From: an uncultured delta proteobacterium
GTDB lineage: Bacteria; Myxococcota; Myxococcia; Myxococcales; 40CM-4-68-19
DNA length: 64,000 nucleotides
Direction: 5' to 3'
NCBI GenBank assembly: GCA_903911145.1
Contig: CAIWCD010000013.1
Coordinates: 248,001-312,000, forward strand
In this document: in pieces, positions 20,792 through 29,120 of the stretch
Position numbering within the stretch: the first letter of the stretch is position 1
How the letters are laid out: each line of letters starts with the position of its first letter
The notes under the pieces: generated by a model
What the model was told of the DNA's origin: nothing
What the model saw: the letters and a program-made list of their open reading frames with translations, nothing else
The model's database searches: none
Made by a program: the position numbers and the translations under genes

Positions 20792-21712
20792 ATGCAACTA
20801 TCGAACGAGCTGTCGCGCGGGCCGGTCCCTCCGCATGCACCCGACCGACGGCTGGAGAAAAAGCTGCTCCATCTCGCCGGACGCGCCATCGCGCAGTACG
20901 AGATGATCGCCGCGGGCGACCGCATCCTCGTCGGCATCTCCGGCGGCAAGGATTCGTTCGCCCTGCTCTATCTGCTGCAGACGCTGCAGGCGCGTGCCCC
21001 CATCCCCTTCGAACTCGTCGCGGTGAATCTTGACCAGGGCCATCCGGGCTTTCCGGCCACGCAACTCGAGGCCTATCTGCGCTCGCAGCACGTCCCGGTG
21101 AAGATGCTGCGCGAGGACACCTACGCCATCGTCAAGCGGCTCGTTCCCGAGGGAGAAACAACCTGCCCCGTCTGCTCCCGACTGCGCCGCGGCATCCTCT
21201 ACAACGCTGCGCAGGAACTCGGCTGCAACAAGATCGCGCTCGGACATCACCGCGACGATCTGATCGAATCGCTGCTGCTCTCGATGCTCTTCTCGGGCAA
21301 GACGCGCTCGATGCCGCCGAAGTTACAAAGTGACGATGGGCGTAACACTGTCATCCGCCCGCTCTGCCTGACGCCCGAAGATGACATCAAGGCCTTCGCC
21401 GAGAGCGCGCAGTTCCCCATCATCCCGTGCGATCTCTGCGGCTCGCAGGAGAATCTCCAGCGCAAGCGGGTCAAGCGGCTGCTCGCAGAACTCGAGCAGG
21501 ATCACCCGGGAGTGCGCGACTCGCTGCTCGCTGCGATGGGCAACGTCATGCCGGCACACCTGCTCGACGCACGCCTCGCGCAAGGCCCGCGCACAGTGGA
21601 CGATGGCCGCGACCCCTGGTTCGACGATTCGGACAGCTGCGCGAGCGATGCGCCGGCACCCGCGCCGCTCACGCAACTCGGAAAGGCTGCAGCGGGCCGC
21701 GCCGGACAATAG
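20792..21712 (+). CDS. ttcA: tRNA 2-thiocytidine(32) synthetase
   Basis: SGGKDS PP-loop, CPVCSRLRRG, GHHRDD, IRPL, PCDLCGSQ. Confidence 0.93.
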   Translation: MQLSNELSRGPVPPHAPDRRLEKKLLHLAGRAIAQYEMIAAGDRILVGISGGKDSFALLYLLQTLQARAPIPFELVAVNLDQGHPGFPATQLEAYLRSQHVPVKMLREDTYAIVKRLVPEGETTCPVCSRLRRGILYNAAQELGCNKIALGHHRDDLIESLLLSMLFSGKTRSMPPKLQSDDGRNTVIRPLCLTPEDDIKAFAESAQFPIIPCDLCGSQENLQRKRVKRLLAELEQDHPGVRDSLLAAMGNVMPAHLLDARLAQGPRTVDDGRDPWFDDSDSCASDAPAPAPLTQLGKAAAGRAGQ

Positions 21713-21746
21713 TTTGAGTGCAAATCAAATTGCTTTGCACTCAAAC
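21712..21746. repeat. Perfect 13-bp inverted repeat (REP-like element / bidirectional terminator)
   Basis: GTTTGAGTGCAAA-N9-TTTGCACTCAAAC between the ttcA and mnmA stops; related arms at 9744, 18407 and 46502. Confidence 0.8.
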
Positions 21747-22802
21747 GATCTGCGCGCCCCCCAGCACCGCGTCGCCGCGATAGAAAACAGCGCTCTGGCC
21801 TGGCGCGACGCCGACGGCGGGCTCGTCGAGTTCGACGCGGACCTGCCCCGAATCCGCGAACAACCGCGCTGGGAGCGGGCGGCCGCGATGTCGGATCTGC
21901 ACTTCGCACCGCGCGCCCTCCTCTGGCGGCGCAATCGTCCAGCGCGGACTCGTCGCCTCGAACGCGCGGCGTGACACCTCTTCGTGCGTGCCGACGACGA
22001 CGCGTTGTCGCGAAGCATCGAGCGAGGCCACGTAGAGCGGCAGTTTGCGCGACAGACCGATGCCCTTGCGCTGCCCGACGGTGAAGTGATGCACGCCCCC
22101 GTGCTCGCCGAGCGCGCGGCCGGAGAGATCGACGATCTCGCCCTTCGTCTGCGCGACGCCGTTGCGCTCGAGGAACTTCGGCAACTCCTCGCCGCCCACG
22201 AAGCAGACCTCCATGCTCTCGGGCTTGTCGGCGTTGGGCAGCCCTCGGCTGCGCGCGATTGACCGCACCTCTTCCTTCGTCAAGTCGCCGAGAGGAAAGC
22301 GGACGAGTTGCAGCGCCTCCTGCGTCAAGCCGTGCAGGAAGTAGCTCTGGTCCTTCGCAGGATCGCGCGCGCGCTGAAGCGACCAGGTTCCATCCGACTG
22401 CTGCACGTTGCGCGCGTAGTGCCCGGTCACCAGCGCGTCCGCGCCCAGCTTGCGCGCCCGCTCGAGGAGCCAGTCGAACTTGACGTGATCGTTGCAGCGC
22501 ACGCACGGATTCGGCGTCTCGCCGCGCGCATACGACTGGATGAACGGCTCGATCACCTCGGCGCGAAATCGCTCCTCGGCATCGAAGACGTAGAAGGGAA
22601 TTCCCACCGCCGCCGCAGCACGCCGCGCATCGTAGAGATCATCCGGAGCGCAGCAGGAGCGGCCCGCACGCTCTTTGCCTTCGGGCTGCGAAGTCAGTCG
22701 CAGCGAGATCCCGAGCACGTCGGCAGCCCCGCGAGCATCGGCGCACAGCGCGGCCGCGACGGACGAATCGACTCCTCCACTCATGGCGACGACGGCCGGC
22801 AT
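21741..22802 (-). CDS. mnmA: tRNA 2-thiouridine(34) synthase
   Basis: AMSGGVDSS, TPNPCVRCN, TGHYAR, KDQSYFL, ESMEVCF, FTVGQRKG, PGQSAVFY. Confidence 0.95.
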   Translation of the reverse strand: MPAVVAMSGGVDSSVAAALCADARGAADVLGISLRLTSQPEGKERAGRSCCAPDDLYDARRAAAAVGIPFYVFDAEERFRAEVIEPFIQSYARGETPNPCVRCNDHVKFDWLLERARKLGADALVTGHYARNVQQSDGTWSLQRARDPAKDQSYFLHGLTQEALQLVRFPLGDLTKEEVRSIARSRGLPNADKPESMEVCFVGGEELPKFLERNGVAQTKGEIVDLSGRALGEHGGVHHFTVGQRKGIGLSRKLPLYVASLDASRQRVVVGTHEEVSRRAFEATSPRWTIAPPEEGARCEVQIRHRGRPLPARLFADSGQVRVELDEPAVGVAPGQSAVFYRGDAVLGGAQIV

Positions 22803-22934
22803 GCGCGCGCTCCTGACAGATGCGAGGCCTTCACGTCAAGAGGCAGGCGCACGCGTCCTTCGCGCCACAGAATGTGGGATAGACGGTCAGTTGTGCGATG
22901 CGCGGCGCGCCGGGTTTGAGCAACTCTACGCGTC

Positions 22935-23483
22935 ATGAATCCCGTTCACCGCACCGCTTCTCTGCGGCTCATTCCGCTCATCGCGCTGCTCATCGCCGGG
23001 TGCGGTGGCCAGGTCTCGGAAGGACTTCCCGCGACGGCGCTTGGTTGCCACGTCGACGGCGACTGCCCGACCAACTTCATCTGCTCGCAGGGTGCGTGCA
23101 ACTACGTCCCGCCCGCCTGCGTGCAGAACAGCGACTGCGGGGATGGCAACGTCTGCACGAACGGGAACTGCGTCAGCGGAAGCGGCGGAGGAAGCGGCGG
23201 CGGCTCAGGTGGAGGAACTGGCGGCGGAGCAGGAGGCGGGAGCGGCGGCGGTTCGTCCCAGTGCACGCCCGACACCTGGACGAACTACGCGCAGGCCGCG
23301 ATCGGCAACGAGTGCGCGAGCTGCCACCACCACTCGAACCTCACCAGCTACACGACCGTCTACGGCGAGCGCAGCCAGATTGCCTCGCGGATCAACTCGG
23401 GCTCGATGCCGCAGGGCGGCTGGAACACGGCGTCAGACCAGTCGCGCATCACCACCTGGATCTCCTGCGGAGCACCACAATGA
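22935..23483 (+). CDS. Lipoprotein with Cys-rich repeats, Gly linker and a single CxxCH cytochrome c-like domain
   Basis: LLIAGC lipobox; two C-xx-(D/N)-x-DC-x4-C-xx-G-x-C units; GGGS linker; CASCH ... GSMP ... WISCGAP. Confidence 0.8.
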   Translation: MNPVHRTASLRLIPLIALLIAGCGGQVSEGLPATALGCHVDGDCPTNFICSQGACNYVPPACVQNSDCGDGNVCTNGNCVSGSGGGSGGGSGGGTGGGAGGGSGGGSSQCTPDTWTNYAQAAIGNECASCHHHSNLTSYTTVYGERSQIASRINSGSMPQGGWNTASDQSRITTWISCGAPQ

Positions 23484-24112
23484 TCGCGGCTGCACTGCTT
23501 GCGACCGCGCTCGTCTTCTCCGGCGCGGAACACCCGCTGCTCGCCAGCAACGAGCGTCCCTCTGCCGCGGGCGAGTCGTCGTCTGCCCAGGCTTCCCCAT
23601 CGCTCGACTTCGATCTCCTCGGCGATCAGGGCAAGGAGGCCGCGGACCCCCAGGCGCAGAAGGTGCTCAAGGAGATGCAGACGCGCCGCTTCATGCTCAC
23701 GGTGCACCAGACGGCCGGCTTCGCGCTCGCTGGGCTGATGGTCGGAACGATGGTGACCGGGCAACTCAATTACGCCGACAAGTTTGGCGGCCCCAACACC
23801 GGCCGTTACGAGACCATCCACAGCATCTTCGCGATTTCGACGGAAGTGATCTTCGCCGCCACTGGCGCGCTCGCGCTCCTCTCTCCCGTCCCGGTCGCGC
23901 CTCCGAAGGATGCCGGATGGAGCCGCGCAGATGTGCACCGGTTCGGCATGCTCGGCGCGACCGCAGGCATGGTCGCGGAGGCAGGATTCGGCGCCTGGAC
24001 CGCCTCGCGAGAAGGTGCGCCCGACCAGGCCAAGCTCGGCGCCATTCACCTTGCGATCGGCTACACGACGCTCGCGTTCATGATCGTAGCGGTCGGCGCG
24101 ATCGTCCTCTGA
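23480..24112 (+). CDS. Membrane protein with 4 TM helices, each carrying a His (cytochrome b-like)
   Basis: ATGA-coupled start; TVHQ, TIHS, DVHR, AIHL each lead into a hydrophobic segment. Confidence 0.7.
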   Translation: MIAAALLATALVFSGAEHPLLASNERPSAAGESSSAQASPSLDFDLLGDQGKEAADPQAQKVLKEMQTRRFMLTVHQTAGFALAGLMVGTMVTGQLNYADKFGGPNTGRYETIHSIFAISTEVIFAATGALALLSPVPVAPPKDAGWSRADVHRFGMLGATAGMVAEAGFGAWTASREGAPDQAKLGAIHLAIGYTTLAFMIVAVGAIVL

Positions 24113-24170
24113 TTTAGTTGCATAAGACAACCATTCCCGCACGACACAACGCTGCACCCTGGAGTTCCCG

Positions 24171-24761
24171 ATGACCGCCCTTCCCGCTCGCGCGTTCCGC
24201 CTGCTTCTCGCGTTCGCCCTCCTCGCCGCCGCCGGTGCCCGCGCGGACGCCCCGGCCGATCACGTCCTTTCGCTTGTCTCGCCAGCATCGACGATGCGCT
24301 ACCACATCGTGCACAAGCTCCACACGGTCGAGGCGACCTCGACGGATCTCGACGGCAAGGCGATGTTCAAGGCCGACGGGACGGTGCAGGTGATGGTTCG
24401 CGCGAAGGTCTCCGGCTTCCGCTCGGGCGACACCAACCGCGATGAGCACATGATGGAAGTGATGGAGGCCGCCTCGTTCCCGACCGTGACGTTCAAGGGT
24501 CTGGCAAAGATCCCGCCGCCGGCTTCGTACCCCGCGAAGGCCGACATCGCGGTCGCGGGCGAGCTTGAGCTGCACGGCAAGAAGTTCCCCGAGACGATCA
24601 ACGTCCATGTCGACATGACCTCGGCGACCGCGTGGCATGTCACGGGAACGTTCAACGTCAGCCTCGACAAGTACTCGATCGAGCGCCCCGCCCTTCTGCT
24701 CGTGAAGATCAGCGACGCCTGCGAAATGGCGCTCGACCTCACGCTCGCCGGCGCCAAGTGA
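24171..24761 (+). CDS. YceI-family periplasmic lipid/isoprenoid-binding protein
   Basis: Signal peptide ending AGARA; FRSGDTNRDEHM, FPTVTF, GELELHG, YSIERP. Confidence 0.85.
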   Translation: MTALPARAFRLLLAFALLAAAGARADAPADHVLSLVSPASTMRYHIVHKLHTVEATSTDLDGKAMFKADGTVQVMVRAKVSGFRSGDTNRDEHMMEVMEAASFPTVTFKGLAKIPPPASYPAKADIAVAGELELHGKKFPETINVHVDMTSATAWHVTGTFNVSLDKYSIERPALLLVKISDACEMALDLTLAGAK

Positions 24762-25222
24762 TCCCCGCGAAGAACAGCGCCGCAGCCGCGCTGCGCCTGG
24801 GTTTGCTCGCACTCGCGCTGGCCGGTGGCGCCGCCTGCGGCATCCCCGATCACAGCGCGGTGATGCGGCCCGGGGAGGACTGCCAGGGCTGCCACAACGG
24901 ACAGATCGCGCCCGCGTGGACAGTGGCGGGCACGGTCTTCAGCGATCCGAATGCGCCGCTCTCTGCAGGCATGCCCGACGCACAGATTCTCATCACCGAC
25001 GCGAACAAGCGCACGCTCACGCTGACCAGCAACTCCGGCGGAAACTTCTACACGAGCGAGATGCTCGACTTTCCGATCAAGGTCGAGATCCAGCGCGGGA
25101 CGTGGCGGATGGCGATGGCCTCGTCTCCGGCGAGCGGCTCCTGCAACAGCTGCCACTCGATTCCGAAGGGCACTCCGTATGTGCCCGGGCGACTCTTCAT
25201 TCCGTACCAGCAGCTCCAATAG
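24758..25222 (+). CDS. Di-heme c-type lipoprotein with central beta-sandwich
   Basis: GTGA-coupled start; GAAC lipobox; MRPGEDCQGCH and GSCNSCH flanking AGTVF...SNSGGNFY. Confidence 0.78.
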   Translation: MIPAKNSAAAALRLGLLALALAGGAACGIPDHSAVMRPGEDCQGCHNGQIAPAWTVAGTVFSDPNAPLSAGMPDAQILITDANKRTLTLTSNSGGNFYTSEMLDFPIKVEIQRGTWRMAMASSPASGSCNSCHSIPKGTPYVPGRLFIPYQQLQ

Positions 25223-25232
25223 CCGAGCCCAA

Positions 25233-27380
25233 TCAGCGCGGCGGTGGAAGCCTCGGCAGCGGCTCGGGCTCGATCGACCACTTCTCGTAGGGCGGCACCG
25301 GCAGCGACGGCAGCTCGTCGAGGAAGCGCGACGGCTTCATGAGAATCCGAGCGCGGTCCCGTTCCTCATGCAGCATCGGATAGCAGAGGTAGAGCTCGTC
25401 GCGCGCGCGTGTGGCTGCGACGTAGAAGAGCCGCCGCTCCTCCTCTTCGCCATCTCCCGCGCGTGCATCCCCACGCAGCGCCACCGAACTCGGGAAGCGC
25501 CCGTCGGCGAGCCAGACCAGGAACACCGCGCGCCACTCGAGACCCTTCGCCTGGTGCACGCTCGAGAGCGTCACCTTCTCGTCCGCATCGGCACCCTCAA
25601 TCACGTCTTCGCTCTCGAGCGAATCGAGCAGCGTCAGATCGGCGAGGAACTGCTCGAGCGACTCGGCCTGCAGCGCGTAGTCGGCGAGCTGGCGGACATC
25701 GTCGGCGCGCGCATCGGCGTTGGCGAAACGCAGCTTGAGCGCCTCGCGGTAGCCGGCCTCCTCGAGAACGAACGAGATCATCTCGCTGGGAGATTCGCGC
25801 AGCGACGGCAGAGAGAGCTGCGCGAGCGCTTCGCGAAATCGCCGGAAACCCGCACGGGCCTTGGTCGGGATCGATTCGTCAAGCTGCGTATCACCGAGGT
25901 TCAGATGCGCGCTCTCGCCGCGACGCGCCGACTCATCGAGCCGCGCCCAGAGCGCATCCGCGCTCGCCGCGCCAATTCCCGGCACCAGCTTGACGATGCG
26001 CTTGAACGACAGCTCATCGCGCGGATTGGCGACAAAGCGCAGAAATGCCAGCACGTCCTTGATGTGTGCCTGCTCGAAGAAGCGCACGCCGCTGCGCACC
26101 TGAAACGGGATCCCTCGCCGCAAAAGCTCCATCTGCAGTTCCATCGAGTGGTGGTGCGCGCGATAGAGGATCGCCATCTCCTTGAGCGCGATGCCCTCCT
26201 CGCGCAACTCGAGCAGCCGCTGCGCGACGAACTCGGCCTGCTGCTGCACATCGCGAAGAGGAACGAGCGCAGGCAACAGGCCCCCTTCGCGGTGCGCGCG
26301 CAGCTCCTTGGGAAACTGCCTGCGGTTGTTGCGAATCGACGCGTTCGCCAGCGCGAGGATCGGCGGCGTCGAGCGGTAGTTGGTCGATAGTTGCAATTGC
26401 AAGCATTCCGGCCAGCGCTCGGGGAACTGCAGAATGTTCTCGAAGCGCGCACCGCGAAAACCGTAGATGCTCTGCGCGTCATCGCCGACGACGAGCAGGT
26501 TTCGATGGTCGCGCGCGAGCTCGTCGACGATGCGTCCCTGCAGATGATTGGTGTCCTGGTACTCGTCGACCAGCACCGCCGAGAAGCGCGCGCGGATCGA
26601 TTTCGCCACCTCGGGAAGCTCGAGCAGAAGCCGCTGCCAGTTGAGCAGCAGATCATCGAAGTCCATCGCGTTCATCTGCGCCTTGCGTTCGGCGTAGCGG
26701 CGACAGACCGCGAGCACCTTCTCCTCGATGGCGAGGAACTGCGGATGGCTTGCAGCAAGGACTTCCGCGATCGGCCGCTGCGTGTTGACCGCGCTGCTCC
26801 AGATATCGATGAGCACATCGGCGCGCGGGAAGCGGCGCGTGCCGACGCCGAGGCCGAGGTCAGCCGTGGCCGCGGACATCAGCTCTTTCGAGTCTTCGCG
26901 ATCGAGCAGCGAGAAGCGATCGCGATAGCCCAGCGACGACGCGTGATCGCGCAGCAGCAGGTGCGCGACGTGATGGAACGTGCCGCCCACCAATTTGCGC
27001 AGATCGATTTTGCAGAGCGATTCGACCCGCGCCATCATCTCGCGCGCGGCGCGGTTGGTGAACGTGAGCAGCAGGATCCGCTCGGGCGGCGTGCCCGTCT
27101 CGAGCAACCGCGCCACTCGATAGGTCAGCGTCCGCGTCTTGCCCGAGCCAGCGCCTGCGATGACCAGCGTTGTCCCCTCGGGCGCGAGCGCGACGGCGCG
27201 CTGCTCGGCGTTGAGCGAATCGTAGTCGACGAGGCTGCGCGCGGGCGTGCTGCTCTTGAGCGCGTAGCGGCGCGGGGCAGAGGGAGGCATCGGAGGAGCG
27301 TGCGCTGCGAGCGGCGCAGCGGGAGTCGGCGCGAGTGCGGAGCTGTCCTGCGGAGTCGCGCGCTCCTCTGAGTTTGGCAT
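25233..27380 (-). CDS. UvrD/PcrA/Rep superfamily 1 helicase
   Basis: LNAEQ, AGAGSGKT, TFTNRAA, DEYQD, VGDDAQSIYGFRGA, NYRS, HQAKGLEW, EERRLFYVAATRA. Confidence 0.95.
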   Translation of the reverse strand: MPNSEERATPQDSSALAPTPAAPLAAHAPPMPPSAPRRYALKSSTPARSLVDYDSLNAEQRAVALAPEGTTLVIAGAGSGKTRTLTYRVARLLETGTPPERILLLTFTNRAAREMMARVESLCKIDLRKLVGGTFHHVAHLLLRDHASSLGYRDRFSLLDREDSKELMSAATADLGLGVGTRRFPRADVLIDIWSSAVNTQRPIAEVLAASHPQFLAIEEKVLAVCRRYAERKAQMNAMDFDDLLLNWQRLLLELPEVAKSIRARFSAVLVDEYQDTNHLQGRIVDELARDHRNLLVVGDDAQSIYGFRGARFENILQFPERWPECLQLQLSTNYRSTPPILALANASIRNNRRQFPKELRAHREGGLLPALVPLRDVQQQAEFVAQRLLELREEGIALKEMAILYRAHHHSMELQMELLRRGIPFQVRSGVRFFEQAHIKDVLAFLRFVANPRDELSFKRIVKLVPGIGAASADALWARLDESARRGESAHLNLGDTQLDESIPTKARAGFRRFREALAQLSLPSLRESPSEMISFVLEEAGYREALKLRFANADARADDVRQLADYALQAESLEQFLADLTLLDSLESEDVIEGADADEKVTLSSVHQAKGLEWRAVFLVWLADGRFPSSVALRGDARAGDGEEEERRLFYVAATRARDELYLCYPMLHEERDRARILMKPSRFLDELPSLPVPPYEKWSIEPEPLPRLPPPR

Positions 27381-27389
27381 CGGCCGCGG

Positions 27390-27419
27390 ACAGTAGTGAA
27401 CGGGTGTGCAGTTCGTCAA
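27390..27419 (-). promoter_or_regulatory. sigma70 promoter with overlapping Myxococcus-type LexA (SOS) box
   Basis: Minus strand TTGACG-N18-TACTGT; spacer contains CTGCACACCCGTTCAC (27396-27411), close to CTRHAMRYBYGTTCAG. Confidence 0.7.
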
Positions 27420-27540
27420 GGCGAGCGAAAACGGCTGACGCGAATAGCTGGCGGTGCCACGGTGGTCGTTGAGCGCGACCGTACCTTTTGCAGGGTCGCC
27501 GCCGAGGTTGCCTCCCGCGCAGGCCTTGGCGCTTGCGAAC

Positions 27541-28473
27541 TCAGGAGGCCCGGCGCCCCTTTGCGTCAGTCCGCGCCGAGGGCGAAAGTCGGTTGTGCGC
27601 GAGCGCTCCCTGGCTCTTGACGAGGATGAGCTCCGCGAGAATCGACACTGCGATCTCTCCCGGCGTCTTGTCTCCGAGGCGCAGTCCGATCGGCGCGTGC
27701 AGGCGCGGATCATTGCGGTGATCGACGCCCGTGCGCTTCTCGATGCTTCGCAGAAGCAGCGCCACTTTGCGCCGACTGCCGATGAGCCCGATGTAGCGCG
27801 CGGCCGTGCTGAGCGCGGCCTGGAGAACTCCCTCGTCGAGCGCGTGGCAGCGCGTGAGGATGACGACGAAGTCTTCGAGCCCAGGAGAAAGCCCGGCGAG
27901 CGGGGTCTCGGCGAGGTCTGCGCAGAGCACCTGTGTCGCGCGCGCAAAGCGTGACGGATCGGCGAAAGCAGGTCGGTCATCAACAACGACGCAGGAGAGG
28001 CCGACGTCTCCGCAGAGAGTCGCGACCCGCTCGCCCACGTGGCCCGCGCCGTAGAGGAGAACCCGCGCGGGAGGCCGGCAGATGTCGACCAGCACGGAGA
28101 CTTCGCCGCCGCACTTCATGCCGAGGAGATCCGCATCTGGGGGCTCGCCCGGGGCGAGTGACTCGGCCGCATCTCCGCTGGTGTTGAGCGAGAAGCGCAG
28201 CAAGCGAGACACGCCGCCGCTCGAGAGGAGTTGGACTGCGTCGACGATCACCGCCGCTTCCAGCGGGCCGCCGCCAACTGTCCCGCGGATGGAGCCGTCA
28301 GGCGCGACGAGCATCTTCGCGCCGCTGTCGCGCGGAGCCGAGCGATCGGTCGAGGCGACGGTGCAGAGGGCGAACGACTCACGCGCCGCCGAGCGGCGAG
28401 CACACTCGGCGAAGAGCTCCCCCTCTCCCAGCGGCGTCGCCGGTCCGGTTGGCGCTGCGAGACCCGAGCTCAT
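27541..28473 (-). CDS. xdhC: XdhC/CoxF-family molybdenum hydroxylase maturation factor
   Basis: SAPRDSGAKM, GTVGGGPLE, GMKCGG, YGAGHVG, DDRPAF, YIGLIGSRRK, APIGL, PGEIAVSILAE. Confidence 0.9.
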   Translation of the reverse strand: MSSGLAAPTGPATPLGEGELFAECARRSAARESFALCTVASTDRSAPRDSGAKMLVAPDGSIRGTVGGGPLEAAVIVDAVQLLSSGGVSRLLRFSLNTSGDAAESLAPGEPPDADLLGMKCGGEVSVLVDICRPPARVLLYGAGHVGERVATLCGDVGLSCVVVDDRPAFADPSRFARATQVLCADLAETPLAGLSPGLEDFVVILTRCHALDEGVLQAALSTAARYIGLIGSRRKVALLLRSIEKRTGVDHRNDPRLHAPIGLRLGDKTPGEIAVSILAELILVKSQGALAHNRLSPSARTDAKGRRAS

Positions 28474-29120
28474 CGAACCTCCGTGATCATCTGTGCGGAC
28501 TCGTGCTCGGCGCGCCAGGCGGCCAGCTCTTCGGGCGTATCGAGATCGACGAGGACGTCAGGAGCATCCACACCATATTCGCATACACGAATACCAAACG
28601 CAGCAATCAGCTCGCGCGCGCTCCAGTCCGGCTTTGCGTGCACAAACTCTGAGCCCAGCGCGGTCGGGAAGATCGCGGGGTGACCGCGGACGCCTTTGCA
28701 GAGGGGCAGATGCACGGCATCCGGCGCGTTCACTGCGCCTTCGATGAGCAGCGAGAGCACGCGTGGATTCAACGTCGGCTGGTCGACGAGCGCAACCAGC
28801 GCGGACGGGACGTCGCCACGGAGCGCGTCGAGGCCGGTGCAGATCGAGCTGAGCTGCCCGCGATCGGGGGCTGGATTGACCGCGATGCGCGGCGGGCGGG
28901 CGAACGAGTGCAACTCCTGCTCCAGCAGCGCGCGATGATGCCCGAGCACGACGACGATCGGAACGAGGCCCGCCGATTCAAGCGACTCACAGGTCGCGCG
29001 CAGAAAGCTGCGCCCATCTCGATGTGCGAGCAGCGCCTTGGGTTGCCCCATGCGCGAAGAAGCGCCAGCAGCGAGAACGACAGCGCCGACGCGCGAAGAG
29101 AGGCCGGACTGCGTGTTCAT
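28470..29120 (-). CDS. mocA: Molybdenum cofactor cytidylyltransferase-like nucleotidyltransferase
   Basis: VLAAGASSRMGQPK, GQLSSI, LVDQP, RGHP, DLDTPEE; ATGA-coupled to xdhC. Confidence 0.8.
   Translation of the reverse strand: MNTQSGLSSRVGAVVLAAGASSRMGQPKALLAHRDGRSFLRATCESLESAGLVPIVVVLGHHRALLEQELHSFARPPRIAVNPAPDRGQLSSICTGLDALRGDVPSALVALVDQPTLNPRVLSLLIEGAVNAPDAVHLPLCKGVRGHPAIFPTALGSEFVHAKPDWSARELIAAFGIRVCEYGVDAPDVLVDLDTPEELAAWRAEHESAQMITEVR

Noticed and set aside
21712..21746. CIRCE/HrcA operator (half-sites with a 9-nt spacer)
   Set aside because: Half-sites are everted relative to TTAGCACTC-N9-GAGTGCTAA and lie between two stop codons, not in a promoter
23178..23255. GGCGGCGGA-type tandem repeat
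   Set aside because: Encodes the Gly/Ser linker of the cytochrome lipoprotein
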